A stretch of DNA of 64,000 nt from Hydrolagus colliei (taxonomy: Eukaryota), in the NCBI GenBank assembly GCA_035084275.1, contig CM068754.1, positions 12,338,001 to 12,402,000 of the forward strand, read 5' to 3'. The translations under genes were made by a program, and so were the position numbers. Each line of letters begins with the position of its first letter. Position 1 is the first letter of the stretch. The notes below the pieces were generated by a model, which was not told where the DNA came from, ran no database searches, and worked only from the letters and a program-made list of their open reading frames with translations. Of this stretch, positions 1 to 14,000 are shown one piece after another.

Positions 1-3000
1 ACTGAACTGATTCATTGGCTCACACCTTGTTGGCATAAATGATCCATGTTATAGGATGACATTGATTAATGTCTGTAATCTGCAAAGCCAAGAGTCCTCA
101 TTTACACTGGATATTTAGGATAATGAGCACCACTTGATGCATAACAGCACATTCTGCGCTGAAGTTTCACATTCTATGGCAGGTCTATTCTAGATTGTCA
201 ATGGGATTTTGGAAAAGTAGGTTTATGAACAGCCATCCTTTTATGTTTGTTAGATATGGGCAGATCTTTCGATCCCAATGCCTGATTCATAGGTACCTTA
301 TCATACCTTTATTTCTCAAGTATCTGTCTATCATTCTTTTAAACATCATTATTAATTTTGCCACTAAATGCTTTCTGGGGCAGATCATTCCACAGCTTCA
401 CAGTTCTATTTTGTGTGTTTTTTAAATATATACAGTATATATATACTTTCTGATGGGAGGTTAACCTTAGGCATTCCATTATTGTCCCAGAGAGGGAGAA
501 CTGGGGACAGAGCCTAACTCCTGTATTTTGGCTACAACAGCTTTGTGATTGCCTTGCACATGGATTTTCCTAAACCTGTCAGGATACAATATTCTTCTTA
601 CTGGAAAAACAGAAGCTTATGCAATGCAAATAATGCACACTGTTGTTATTTTCTTCTATGTCTAATGTGAATTCCTCCATGAACTCAGATATGAATTACT
701 CCATATAATGATCTGGATGGGTAAATGGATAAATCATTGTATCTTCACATGTATCCAAAATAAATGGTGAGAAAATTTCAGAACCGTGCATCTCTCTGCT
801 GACTTTTCTTGGGCAGTGTTCTAATGCAGTCTCGTAGCTGGGAACAGAGTCAACTATCAAAAGTAGAATTATCACTGGAAGTTCACCCAGGCATTACAGA
901 TAATGCTATGTAAATCTGAGACTACTTATAAGATCATTGAAAATGACTGTTCTGATAATGTAATAAGATTGCACTTTGGGGAGCGCAATTTTCAATGTGC
1001 ATGTAATCTGTTATTCCTAGTGCCCTGGAGAAGCTAAGTTGGATATAAAAATCCAGATGACTGTCTGGTGCTGCTGTCTTGCATTAGGAAAACAAGACAC
1101 GGTGATCCATCTTTGAGCAAGCCGCATTATCAGGTTTATATTATTCAATATGACAGATTGTTTAAAACTTGAAATTGTGTACGAGTTGCAAGAGCAATTT
1201 GGCAGTGACTTTATTTTAGACAGACATCAGTAATTCTCCATAATTGTAATGGGGTAACTCAGTGCTTTGGGATGTCCTCCTGATATGAAAGGCGCTATAT
1301 TGTTATTGTATTTCTGAATCAACCTTCAGCAATTGCAGGAGTTAAAGATCCATTGAATAAAAAAAATTTGAAAACAGATTTTTCCTATAGGACTAAAAAT
1401 AAACTCTCACTACATCACTCATTTATTCCCCTGAGAAAAGGTCCTTAAAAGCTCCTCTCTTCTGAAGTAAGATGGAGGAAAGAAAACATGCATGTGAAAT
1501 TATCCCATAAGTAAACTCCCGAATAACTATTGGACTTCACATCTGACTTTAAACCCCATAGTGCAGGATGATAATTCCTCATTGCCTTTCCTTCTTTATT
1601 GGCTTGAGGTAGAAATTAACCATTGCCAAATTGATTCTGTACTTTGACACTGCAACTTTCATTTAAAGATCCACCCACACTCCATCCTCAATTTCAATTG
1701 TATGGCATAAACATATTGGAGAGGGGGAAATATATTGTATTTATTCAAAGGAAACAAACAGCTATTAAAACTCTGGTCACAGTATTTGTTGTCTTAACAG
1801 TTTAGAGTTTGTATTCATCTAAAAGCATTTACATTCAACACTGCCTGTCCTTCTATGTAGAATTCACGGATTCTAAATTACCATTCAACATTATTTGTCT
1901 TTGCGGCATCAGCAACAATTATGTTCTGTGGGGGAGAGAAACTAAATGCTTCCCAGCAAGTTGCAATGTTCCAATTACTTAATTAAAAACAGGAACAGCA
2001 AAGTATCTGGCTCAGTGACATCAGCATGCAAACCACAAAACAAATGTAAATTACAGTTTTTATGAATCACTTCAGTGCTTGCACATCCCTAATTACAACA
2101 AAGAACTACCAATCATCCTATAGTTTACAGCAGAAACCTGAATCAACTAACATTTCCGTTCATTTTGCTTTGAGGCCTGGTTCAGCTACTCAGTTCATGG
2201 CTTGCATTATATTTCATTATCATTTACCAAGGGTAGTACTTTATAGTGTTTGACCTTTACAATGATATAGATGTGGCAATCTAGTGTCTTAACCTGTTCT
2301 TCTCCCACCCTTCCTCCTCCTCCTCCTCCTCCCACGCGCAAGCTATGTATGAAAATAATTAAATCTAGAAGGATTAAAGTGGTGGAACCCAGCGCAACAT
2401 AATTGGTGTTTTTGAAGCTGTCATTGTAGAATTGTCATATTTTAGTGGCCTGGAGAGGCATAATTAATGTAATCATTTGATTACTTAAGTTGAAAATCCA
2501 ATGTCAGATCTTCAGTTGAGCTTCTAGACTCAATGTCTCAAGCTGGGCCTGCTGGTGGTTTGGCATTCTTGGTATTGAAATTGGGGTATTCCTTAATGTC
2601 TTCCATTTTCTCAATTAAGGAATGCTGCTATGATGTGTTTGGAAATGCCCTCCACTACTTCTGAATAACAGTGGTGTCTGACGTTGGCTAAAAATTCTCA
2701 GTTTCCTTTATAAAGGGCTGAGAAAGGCTGGCTTGTTCCAGATTTCAAAGGAAGGAGTGGGTGGGAGGGTTAAAATCCTACTTCTCATCCGAATTCAGCA
2801 AAACCACTTGTGTGACCTACTCGTCCACAACTGATAGTATTAAACATTTTATTATAAAATGAAATTGAATACATTTTCTATAGAAATGCTGTGACATACA
2901 CAGCATTATAATAATAAGTGATAATAAGTTACTGTCTGAGCAAACCGGCCAGATTTCAATGACAGTTTAACAGAATAAAAAAAACGCTGTGTTATTCTTG

Positions 3001-5019
3001 GCTGTTCCACTTTTCTACACATGTCCAGATAAATAATTAGTGCCTTTTACGCTGATGGTCTCTGTAATGTTTTTAATTAAAAGCAGTCGTAGCTCAAATT
3101 TCTAAGTACAGAGCTGATAATCTCTCACCCACTTGGAGACTAAAGGAGAATTATTCCTCCATTTTAAGTCACTGGGGTAGAATAATCCCCTAAATGCCAT
3201 ACTGATTTTACATAGAGCAGAAAAATGCTCAAATTAATTTTTTTAACAGGGTGTGGAAAGGCAGATTGTCTGATCCCAGGTTTATCCATGTGCACTTAAC
3301 ACTGATGTTTGGTGACTACAATAATGCATTTGGACATATTACCCACTCAAGTTTTCCTCATTCATCAGGTTTAATATCCATCACCCGTTTTCTTATTGTT
3401 GGAACTGTACCCAAAACATTGCTTGAGACTTGATGGGATATGGGAATAAGACAGGGCAGTGGGATTGGATTAACACCTGACTCTGAAAGCCAGTGCAGAC
3501 TCAATGGACTGTAGGCTTTTTTGCTGTTAATTTCTACAATTTGCATTTTGCTCCTGAGGCAACTTATTTTCTTCACTTATTTACTCCCCAACGTTTCCCT
3601 CTTCCAAATCGGTCCTGCTCCAACCCTCAGATTGTGATGCTGATTCTTTACTGTGCTCTGGTAAAGGCAGATCTGGGGTGCTGAGTACTGTGAATTTTGG
3701 GCACTGATGTGAGGTGGGGGACACCCAGACATAAAGAGGCGAAACTTAGGTGGATTCCCAAATAAGAGTCCAACCATAGGTGCTGAACCAATTTTAACAT
3801 CTCAGTTATTACTCTGGATTGAGATTAACTGAACTTTACTCAGACTTTCAATTGAACTTTCTCAGTTTGTGTTGCTTAGTGATGCATTGATTTGGATGGT
3901 GTGTGTACCCACAAGATCAATGTGGAATTTGCTTTGCTGATTCCTTAAGCAAAGAATCCACATTAGTTGCTTGGTCTGACATCATTTTAATGGAAGAATG
4001 TAATATTTTATTTATGGATCACACAAGGGAGACTTGTTGTTGCATTAATTCAATTGATGCTACTTGAACAAAATTTAAACTGTCAGAATACCCTGAATAG
4101 TGGTGAGTCATCAGAAGCAATCAATGAATCAAGGAATGAAGCAATAACAGACTGTATTTAAACTGCAAAGCATGCAATATTAATTTAGGGACATGCTGAA
4201 ATTTTATATGTGTATTGCTTTAATTAAACTGGACGGATAATTTGATGTTGTATCTGTAAAACACTGGTTGACTGGTCTGCATTTCTTGCAGTTATGTATT
4301 TGCCATTCTTAAACCATAGCAATTCTTCTTTAAAAAAAATTGAATTCTAAACATAATAGTAAAGTGGCAAGATATTATTTATATTAACGCATATCAAACT
4401 GGAGGTATTGCACGGCATGTAATGCAGTTTCAACTGTTTAGAAATTTATCAGTCCTGAGCTAGGGGGAGGGAGGAGTTGACCGACGAGGCAGGTCTTCAA
4501 GCATGAAGCCTACCTTTAAAATCAATCCTTCCTTAAAAATCTATCACCCAAGCAATATTTCCAACTGTGCAGTGTCTTGGGATCAGATGACAATACGTTA
4601 GGGTTTTAATTGAATCAGATGGCATCTGACACTGCTTCATATTTGCAGGTATTTAACAAATTGGTATCCAGATCATTTGATGAACCCAAGAGATTTAATT
4701 TCTACTCGAAGCATAATTAAATCTGTATCAACTGAGAATCATTTATTTTTAGAAGTAATTGCTAACCTTTACAGTGCTTTTTGAGCGAGTGTGGCAAAAA
4801 AGCTTGTTAATATTTTTTCCACCAGCCTGTGGGAGGGCGATTTTAATTGTGTTCTATTTCATTTCAAAGAAGCATTCCTCTACCCAGTGTCGGAATCAAA
4901 TAGCCCCGAGTTATGCGCAGCAAGGAGAATGACTTACTCTCTAATTTGCCTTAAAATGCCAGTTTTAGAAAGGATTTTCTATTGCACCACCACAATAGTT
5001 TTTCATTTCCCACACTGTC

Positions 5020-5060
5020 CAACAACAACAACAACAAATTACACTTATAAAGCGCCTTTC
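5020..5060 (-). mobile_element. Displaced 3' tail of the second L2 copy
   Basis: (AAC)n-aattacacttataaagcgcctttc is the part missing from the copy that resumes at 6471. Confidence 0.8.
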
Positions 5061-6471
5061 AACAACAACAACAACAATTTACATTTATATAGCGCCTTTC
5101 ACGTCGGGAGGACGTCCCAAGGCGCTAAACAAGAGGCGTGTGACCCGAGCTGGGAGGGGAGTGTTTGGGAAGGGGTGAAACACGAAGGGGAGGTAAAAGA
5201 GTTCGGGGTGGAACAAAAGGCACGATCGAAGAGGAAAGTCTTCAAATCGGCCTTGAAAGAGGAAAGGGAAGAGGCGAAACGGAGGGATTGAGGGATGGCA
5301 TTCCATAAAGTGGGAGCAGAGAAACTGAAGGCCCGGCCTCCGATGGTGGGGCGGTTCGGGCGGGGGGCTTGGAGCAGGCCAAGTCCTGTTGAACGGAGGG
5401 TCCGGGTGGGCGTGTAGTGGGAGAGTAGATCGGCTAGGTAGGATGGGGCAAGGCCGTGCAAGGCCTTGGAGGTGAGGACGAGGATCTTAAATTCGATCCT
5501 CTGGAGGATGGGGAGCCAGTGGAGACGGGCGAGGGTGGGGGTTATGTGGTCGCGGAGGCGGGTGCGGGATAGTACACGGGCTGCAGAGTTTTGGATGGCC
5601 TGCAGCCTATGAATGGAGGAACTGGGGAGGCCGATTAGGAGAGAATTTCCGTAATCCAGCCGTGAGGTGATGTACGCGTGCACGAGTGTTTCGGCAGCGC
5701 GGGGGGTAAGATAGTTGCGGAGCCTGGCAATGTTGCGCAGATGGAAATAGGCGGTGCCAGTCAAGGCGCGGATGTGGGGGAGGAAGGAAAGTTTTTGATC
5801 GAACATGATGCCGAGGTTCCTGATTGGCTTTGTGAGGTGGAGAGTACAGCCTTGGATGTTGAGGCTGGCAGCGCCCGATGTGCGGAGGCGCTGGCTTGAG
5901 CCAATCAGGAGGGCCTCGGTCTTATTCACGTTCAATTGCAAAAAGTTGTCCCTCGTCCACGATTCGATGTCGGACAGACATGCTGTCAGAACATCGATCG
6001 TCTGGGGGTTGAGGGATGAGGCAGAAAGGTACAACTGGGTGTCATCCGCATACATGTGGAAATTTACCCCATGTCTGCGGATGACGTCGCCCAGGGGGAG
6101 CGTGTAAAGGGTGAAAAGAAGGGGACCGAGGACAGAGCCCTGAGGGACGCCGTGGGAAACTGTGCGGGGGTTTGAAGAAAAGCCATTGGAAGAAACAAAA
6201 TGTAAACGATGGGTCAAATAAGAGTGGAACCAGTCAAGGACTGTGCCTTGAAGGTTGAGGTGGGAGGAAAGACGTTGAAGGAGGATGGTGTGATCGACTG
6301 TGTCGAACGCAGCAGACAGGTCAAGGAGGACGAGAGGCAGAGGGAGCCCTGGTCACAGGCGGTTAGGATGTCATTTGTGAACTTGACCAGGGCAGTTTCT
6401 GTGCTGTGGATAGGGCGGAAACCTGATTGGAGGGGTTCAAGAAGTGAGTGATTTGAAAGGAAAGAGCGGAG
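5061..6471 (-). mobile_element. L2-clade LINE, 5'-truncated young copy (ORF2 RT domain to 3' tail)
   Basis: RT motifs QSGFRP-HSTETAL, LDLSAAFDTVDH, GVPQGSVLGPLLF, YADD, LHWLPI, FKADLKTFLF; one frameshift near 6335; 3' stem-loop and (TTG)n tail at 5061-5125. Confidence 0.95.
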
Positions 6472-7339
6472 GGAGGACGTCCCAAGGCGCTGCACAGTAG
6501 GCGTGTGACCCGAGCTGGGAGGGGAGCGTTTGGGAAGGGGTGAGACACGAAGTGGAGGTTGAAAAATTCGGGGTGGAACAAAAGGCATGGTCGAAGAGGA
6601 AAGTCTTCAAACCGGCCTTGAAAGAGGTAAAAGAAGAAACGAGACGGAGGGATTGGGGGATGGTATTCCATAGGGTGGGAGCGGAGAAACTGAAGGCCCG
6701 GCCTCCGATGGTGGGGCGGTTTGGGCGGGGGGCTTGGCCAAGTCCTGTTGAACGGAGGGTCCGGGTGGGCTTGTAGGGGGAAAGTAGATTGGTTAAATAA
6801 GGCGGGGCAAGGCCGTGTAAGGCCTTGAAGGTGAGGACGAGGATCTTGAACTTGATCCTCTGGAGAATGGGGAGCCAGTGGAGATGGGTGAGGGTGGGGG
6901 TTATATGGTCGCGGAGGCGGGTGTGGGATAATACACGGGCTGCAGAGTTTTGGATGACCTGCAGCCTGTGAATGGAGGAACTGGGGAGGCCGACGAGGAG
7001 AGAGTTTCCATAGTCCAGCCTCGAGGTGATGTACGCGTGCACGAGTGTTTCGGCAGCGCGGGGGGTAAGATAGTTGCGGAGCCTGGCAATGTTGCGCAGG
7101 TGGAAATAAGCGGTGCCGGTCAAGGCACGGATGTGGGGGAGGAAGGAGAGTTTTTGATCGAACATGATGCCGAGGTTCCTGATTGGCTTTGTGAGGTGGA
7201 GAGTACAGCCTTGGATGTTGAGGCTGGCAGCGCCCGATGTGCGAAGGCGCTGGCTTGAGCCGATCAGGAGGGCCTCGGTCTTACTCATGTTCAATTGCAG
7301 GAAGTTGTCCCTCGTCCAGGACTCAATGTCGGACCGACC
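6471..7339 (-). mobile_element. Second L2 copy of the same family (body); its tail is displaced to 5020-5060
   Basis: ORF 6437-7351 is nearly identical in protein to the C-terminal part of 5099-6217; the 3' end stops in the middle of the stem-loop (gggaggacgtccc). Confidence 0.93.
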
Positions 7340-7950
7340 TGTAATGTGCACTTATATCAAATTGTGGTCATTTTGTTTCTTGTAGGAATATATTTTATGT
7401 GGGAAGCTGACACTCAGCAGAGACTTTCATCCTATAACCCCAAGCTGGAGCCAAATCCAGACATTAAAGATGGCAATCCACTAGTCAACTCAGTGTATTT
7501 TTCCAGAAGGGAATATTTTCATTATAATTTTTCAAATGGGTTTCTATATTATTGTTACATCATAAACATGGGTGTATGGTAAACCTAATGTATTGTAACT
7601 GAATATAGATGACATTGGATCTAAAGATGTACAGTGTGATAAGATTTCTTAACTTCAGAGATTTTTGTTTGGCAGCAGATAAAAAATGAACTACCTCATA
7701 CACTTGAGTATTTTCTCTGATTGTTTTTCCCCGTATATTCAACCAAGTTATGATCACCAATGTATTTGAGCTTTTTTTGTGCTTCCAAAAGCCTTGGCAT
7801 CGTTTCTTTCTAGAGTTTCAGAATTAACTTCAAGAGCTTAATTTAATCCTTTCACTCTCTGTGGTTGCTTCTAAAATTTAGCAAGATGACAGTATATTCA
7901 TATGAATACCATACATGGAAGTCTGTGCATCTATTGCTGTTATATACCAC

Positions 7951-8130
7951 AATAATAAAATTGGTAATTTTAATCCACGCCTGTTTGTGGGATATTGCTG
8001 TGCGCAAAATGGCTGCTACATTTCGCCCACATATACACAGTCAATTCACTTTACAGTATATTCTGTGAAGCGCTTTGAGATGCAGATAAGATGTGAAAAG
8101 CGCTATATCAAATACAAGGATTATTATTAT
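7951..8130 (+). mobile_element. SINE 3' half
   Basis: Matches 44035-44216, including the stem-loop and (TTA)n tail. Confidence 0.85.
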
Positions 8131-10772
8131 ATGGTCAATTGACTCATTAGTGTTGGTCCTCTATAACTTTGCATTAAAATCCACATAAAATAACATTTAC
8201 CTGTATTTAGATACCTTGGTTTATGCCCATGTAATATTTTTTCTTTCCAAAGTTACATGCATTTCTTCAGCAAACGTAATGAGATTCCAACTCCTTGTGG
8301 GACCAAGTACACACAGTTGAGTGGTTTTCAGTGGATTAAACTGACGTAGAATTGATAATCTGATTTACTTGATAACCTCCTGGTTTTTTTCTCATATAAC
8401 TGAACAATCGAGAAAGTGAGCATGATAAATCATCACTAGAGTAACATTGAATGAATAATTGAGTGTGCAATGTATAAATTGGGATATCCATATTCCTAGA
8501 TAACTGCAATGCAAAGGTATTCACTGTGGCACTTACAGTGGGGTCAAGCTGCAGATGGACTAACTGGGAGGCTAAATGCTGCAGGTTAGCAATGTTTGAT
8601 GCCAGGCTTTCATATTCTGCATATATATTTGGACGTGTAGGCTCAAAAGCTCAAAAGGCTTAAAAATCTTTATCTATGTTTATTTTAACTTAAATGTTTT
8701 AGATATATATATTATGTATATTGAAGGAAACATGAATAGATCAGTGAGTAGGTATTCCAGTAAATAGTACAGTACTACAGAATCAAAAGTTTACATTTGG
8801 AAAATAATTCATTGCTTGGTTTAAGCTATTGACTTACTTTGAGGAATATAATAGCAAGAATGGAATTTGGAAGAAATGAAAAGACCACCATAGCCCTAAA
8901 TAATATATATATTTTTTAAAAAACCAATCAATCTCTCAACCCCTTCAATTGATTTCTTGCCAAATAGTTATCTAATTCACCCTTGAATTTGCTGACACAA
9001 TCTACCACAGTAAATCAGGTTCAAAAGTTACATTATTGGGATAGAATTTCTCACAGAGATAAACACAGCACTGGTCATTGTCGCAGATCAGGTAAAACAT
9101 CAGCAAATTAATAGGATGTAGAAGGCAAATAAATCTGTGTTCTAACATTCAGTAACAATATTATATTGATTTCTATATAGGACATGTTGAGATGAAACCA
9201 AGCACTAGCAATGCACTGGATCCTCATAAAAAGGTGATGGATAATATACTGTCTACCACGAATCTTCTAAAATGATCATGTCTAGAATTGGAACAAAATC
9301 TACTATTCTCATTTTGGGAACTGGGTAATATATTTTAAAGGAACATTCAGATGATATATATTTTTATAGGGTTTTAATTTGGAGCACACAGACAGCAAAT
9401 ATAGACTGGAAAAGTAGAGTAAAAGCTGCAACACTATCCTTATATCTATTGATGGTCAGTAGGGGGCAGCACTAAGGTGGGATATGCAAACTGTTTTCAT
9501 ATAATCAGAATATTCTCAATTATGGAACATAAAATGGAAAGAGGATTTGTATTTGTGCGCTTTAGGCTAAATACAATCTTATTAAAATTGAAGGCAGTGT
9601 TTAAATCCATTTTATCCAATCCAGTGCTTAAATCCATACTTCACTCTCCTTGCGAGGGAAACTAATCGCAGTTTAGACTAATTTATACTTTTAAGCTAAT
9701 CGCATCATTTCAGGGAAGAGAATTTTGATAGCAACAGTTAGATTTGAGCTGGAAAAAGTCAGTGTTATGAAATATAACACTAGTTGATTTGAAAGGAAAT
9801 TTATTCCACCCTTCGCCAAGTGACACTGAGACACAAGCTGCCTGATTAAATGCTCACACGAGTGGTTTGTTTGCCCCATCCCCACCTCTCCCCAGGAACC
9901 CCTAGCTACCTGCCAAAAAGCAAAGCATAGGTTTGACAAACCTGCAGGATATCTACCCTCTTTGTTTACAGTGCAATGTACAAGAAATTCATGAATATGT
10001 ATGGCAAAGCCCACAAAACACAGGATAAAATTGAGATCAATGTGCAAGACAAATTACAAAACATAACCAAGCTTTGCAATATTAACACAAAGCAATGCAC
10101 CCTTGCTCGATTGCCTTGTTACTAAGACATCAAAACATTAAATCACACTTGAAATACCTCACTTTGAACAATAGTCAAGTAACGATCCACTTATACACCA
10201 CGTGTAATGGAAATAACAAAGCATACTTTTGCAACCTGTGATTTGCTTACTTTTAATTTGTGCATATTGTACATTAATGCTCAATTAATTACTTTAGTTA
10301 GAATCATGCCACTTATTGTTTCTGGATTATTGTCATATTTGTAGAATCTTGGTACACTGCATTGTTTGGTAATAAAGACAATTCACTCCTTAAACTGTGC
10401 TGCACTGATTAAAAAAAAAGGAAAGCTCAAACCATGATGGATGATGCATTAATGGTTTCTCGCTGCTGCTACATACCAAATATACATTGAAGAAATAATC
10501 TGGTCTTTTGAAATCTCATTCTGTGGAAGTTGCTGCAGGCCAGTGATGTGAATTCTCAAATTCTGGCTGTTTAAACAGATATTTGATATTGTAGTTAAAG
10601 GAAAATTGTGGTTATTCCAAATTTATGAGCAAGCAAACTATATTCTTACATACAATAACAAAACACTCATCCAGTGACCATCAGTGCATCAGCTCGTGCT
10701 CAGTTTCTGACTTGCATCTTTCTAGATCTTGTTTATCACATTTTCTTCCCTTGTTTCCTGCCAGAGAGAAGC

Positions 10773-10838
10773 ACAACAAACAGCAACACATTGCATTTGT
10801 AAAGCACCTTTCACATCGGGAGGACGTCCCAAAGTGTT
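10773..10838 (-). mobile_element. L2 stem-loop-only tail
   Basis: gcacctttcacatcgggaggacgtcccaaagtg preceded by degenerate (AAC)n. Confidence 0.8.
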
Positions 10839-10938
10839 GAAAGTCACATCAGGACAACTGAGTTCAGGTCAAAAGGCAAACAAATTCAATGACTTTTTAA
10901 TTAGCCCTTCATGGAGACTCAGTACATATTAAATATTT

Positions 10939-11076
10939 ATAATCCTTGCATTTAATGGAGCACTCTATTGAATCAAAACATCTCAAAGCATTTCATGGTA
11001 ATTTCTGTTGAGTGTTGTAACTTTGTATTTGTAGGTGAAGGAGGCAGCCAATTTGCACGCAGCAGTTTCCCATAAA
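10939..11076 (-). mobile_element. SINE 3' half, diverged
   Basis: ataatccttgcattt...ggcagccaatttgcacgcagca. Confidence 0.7.
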
Positions 11077-14000
11077 AAATAATATTCAGTAATTTCCCAT
11101 AAAACAAGGACTGTTAACAGATACTAGTGGAAACTTCCTTCTCCACAAAACCACCACCAACAATTGTTGCTTTTGACTCATTCCTTCTTTGAAAGAGGCT
11201 TTGCAGAGATGAGCACAGTTTGTATTGCACTGTTTAATGGTTACATATTACCATTTGTGACTTCAGAAATGTTCTTTAGTGTGATTCCTGACTGATTTCA
11301 TCGTAAGGTTAGGGTTTAATATTTGAAGTATTATAAAGCTTATAAACAGTCAAATTGAGGAAAACTGTCTTCCCAAATTATTTGAGTATTTTTTATACAG
11401 CTTATTCAAAATGAAGGCATATTGGCTGCATCACTGAATTGCTCCCTCAACCTCATCCTTTAACATTTTGCCCCATACAATCACAAAAACATCAAACCAT
11501 TGACTTTTTTTTATATGCAGAACAAAAATGATTTGAATTCAAAAGGAACCTTATTTTATTGCCAAATATAAGACGCCAAGGAGAACCTTATAATTGCTGA
11601 TGAAATCTGTTACTTCTTGTCTTATCCCAGTTGAATTGTTTTTGAAGGAACAAAGTATTCATTTTATCTTCAAGCCAGGTTTAATGTTTTATCAAGGCTA
11701 TTTGAAAATGTGAGTGCCTGGCAAAAATACAAGTAAGAAAAAAAACCCCTCTTCAACTTTACACAGACAATGCACCGATCAGTCTTGCGATTCAAACCAT
11801 AATAGGAAATTTCTGTCATTAAGAGATATAGATTGATATTGCTGTTGAAAATAGGAAGCAGAGATGAATAAGCAGAAACTCTTCATCTGGTTCTAAAATG
11901 ATTCATTCCAGTTTTCACAATATCTGTAACAATATTTGTTTTGACAGTCCTCCAGGATGCCACACTGAGTGAAGGGCACTTGTATAAATGCATGTTGTTG
12001 TTGAGAGCACAAATTGTATTATACAATTTGTTGTTACTAGCAAGTACAATATGTGGCTGCTGATGAAGACAACACTGAATATCAGTTGGACCAATGACAT
12101 AAATAGGCGAAGGAATGGCAGAAGTATTTTAATGGAGATATAAGGTAAATCAATGCAGATTGGAATAAAAAAAACCACTTTACACATTAATACACACAAC
12201 AAATGGAAGAAATGTCCTTAGGAAAAATATGTGGTCATTGGTGATACTTTTCAAGAACATACAAGTGTTGTTGAGGATTGAGAAAAATATCCAAGGCCTT
12301 CACACCCTGCAATACTACATTTATATTGTATGTTCTGTGACAAATGGTGTAATTTTGCTAGTGATTCCTTACAAAAGTTACACTACGAAAATAGAGCCTT
12401 ACAGCGCAAATCACCCTTTGTGGAAGTACCCTATTTATCATTGTTTAAGGAAATTAAGATAATAACTAAAATTATTTCCTTTTTAGAGGCTTGATTTGTA
12501 CAGTTAAGGTATTTTCTCAGAATTAAATGAACTGCAATGCTACTCTATCAAATAAGCTATACAATATCACACAATGTAATAATAACACACATTTATTTGG
12601 GTTGGACTGTGCAGTATTTAGAGAGTAAATCACTTGTATGACACCAAGTCAAATTGGTTTGGCAGCTAGGTTCACTGTTCAGTTACAGCACATGTGATAA
12701 GTTTGATATATTGCAGTCAGGTTCCTCAGCTACGAAGTTTCTGCACTTGTTTGTTATCCCATAGTGTGCGTATAACATATCAATAACTATCAATATTTAA
12801 AAGATCTGGGTAGGTTTTAAATGAGAGAAAGACACTTTTGGAAAAACATGCCACAAATGCACTTTATCATAAATGTAACACACTATTAATGTAACAGCAG
12901 CTGACAACTTGGAATGAGGTTATAAACTTTGATAATGTTTCCAGCTGCATAAATCTCTCAGATTCATGACTTCAGCAATCAATGAGAAGATTTTTGACCC
13001 AAACAATCTGTCCAGCTCAACGTATCTAATTGCACTCAGCTACAAGCTCTCAATCGCTATCAGCAAGGGATTTAGATAAGCGGGAATAAGATATATATTT
13101 ATTGCAGTGACTGCCTGGAAAACAAATGTTAACATTCGCGCATCATTGTTTCTTCAGAGGGATTTCAAAAAGAAGCTTACTTAGAATATCTGCAAAGACT
13201 GAATTTAAAACCAGTGTGTGTTTAAATATATAAGACATTGTACAGGAAATCAAGCTCAGCACTCTACTGCGGAACATGCATTCCCAGCAAATGAGATGGA
13301 CAAAGATAATCAAAAATTCACAACCATCCAGTAATAAGTGACACACTTCAGCAGACAGAACAGTCAACGGGTGTTTAAATCACCTGAAATAATCTATTTC
13401 TGATGACAATCTATTTTGAATCGATTAATGATCATAATGCCAATCGTTTGTCTGTGAAATGACCTGTCCATGGTGATGTATTCTGTTGCACCGCTGGCAA
13501 CTCCAGCATTACTTATTTGTACTGCTAAATGCATGCAGTGCACGTTGTTGAATGCTGCATCTGTGTAGCAGAGGGCAGGGATTTATTTCAACCCTGTGAA
13601 CTGAAGAATATTTATTAATATGATAGGTTAATGCTTTTATGAAGCGTGTTCACTATCTACTCCAGTTTTGTATGCATGGATCACTCTTGTGGAAAAGTAA
13701 TAAAAAACCCCTCTTCTCAGCGCTCCACTGTTGTCTACTCTATTCTGATGCCAGTTACATCTGCAGGCATGATTATCAAATAGATTTTTGAAATTCATCC
13801 TTCAGTGTGAAAAATAAGTGGCGAGAAAAAACATTTTGAATTCGAGAAGATGTACATGACCATAAAGTGCAACCATAATTGCTTGAAGAATTGCATTAGC
13901 TGCTCAGGATTGGACTTTATGAAAGAATTATAAACTACTATAGGAAGCATTTCCAGGCAAAAACGTGACCCCAGCTGCAAGAAAAACATATTATAATAGA

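Noticed and set aside
5099-7351. Tandem RT ORFs as a retron, DGR or host gene
   Set aside because: Motifs and tails are those of L2 non-LTR retrotransposons; both copies are 5'-truncated.
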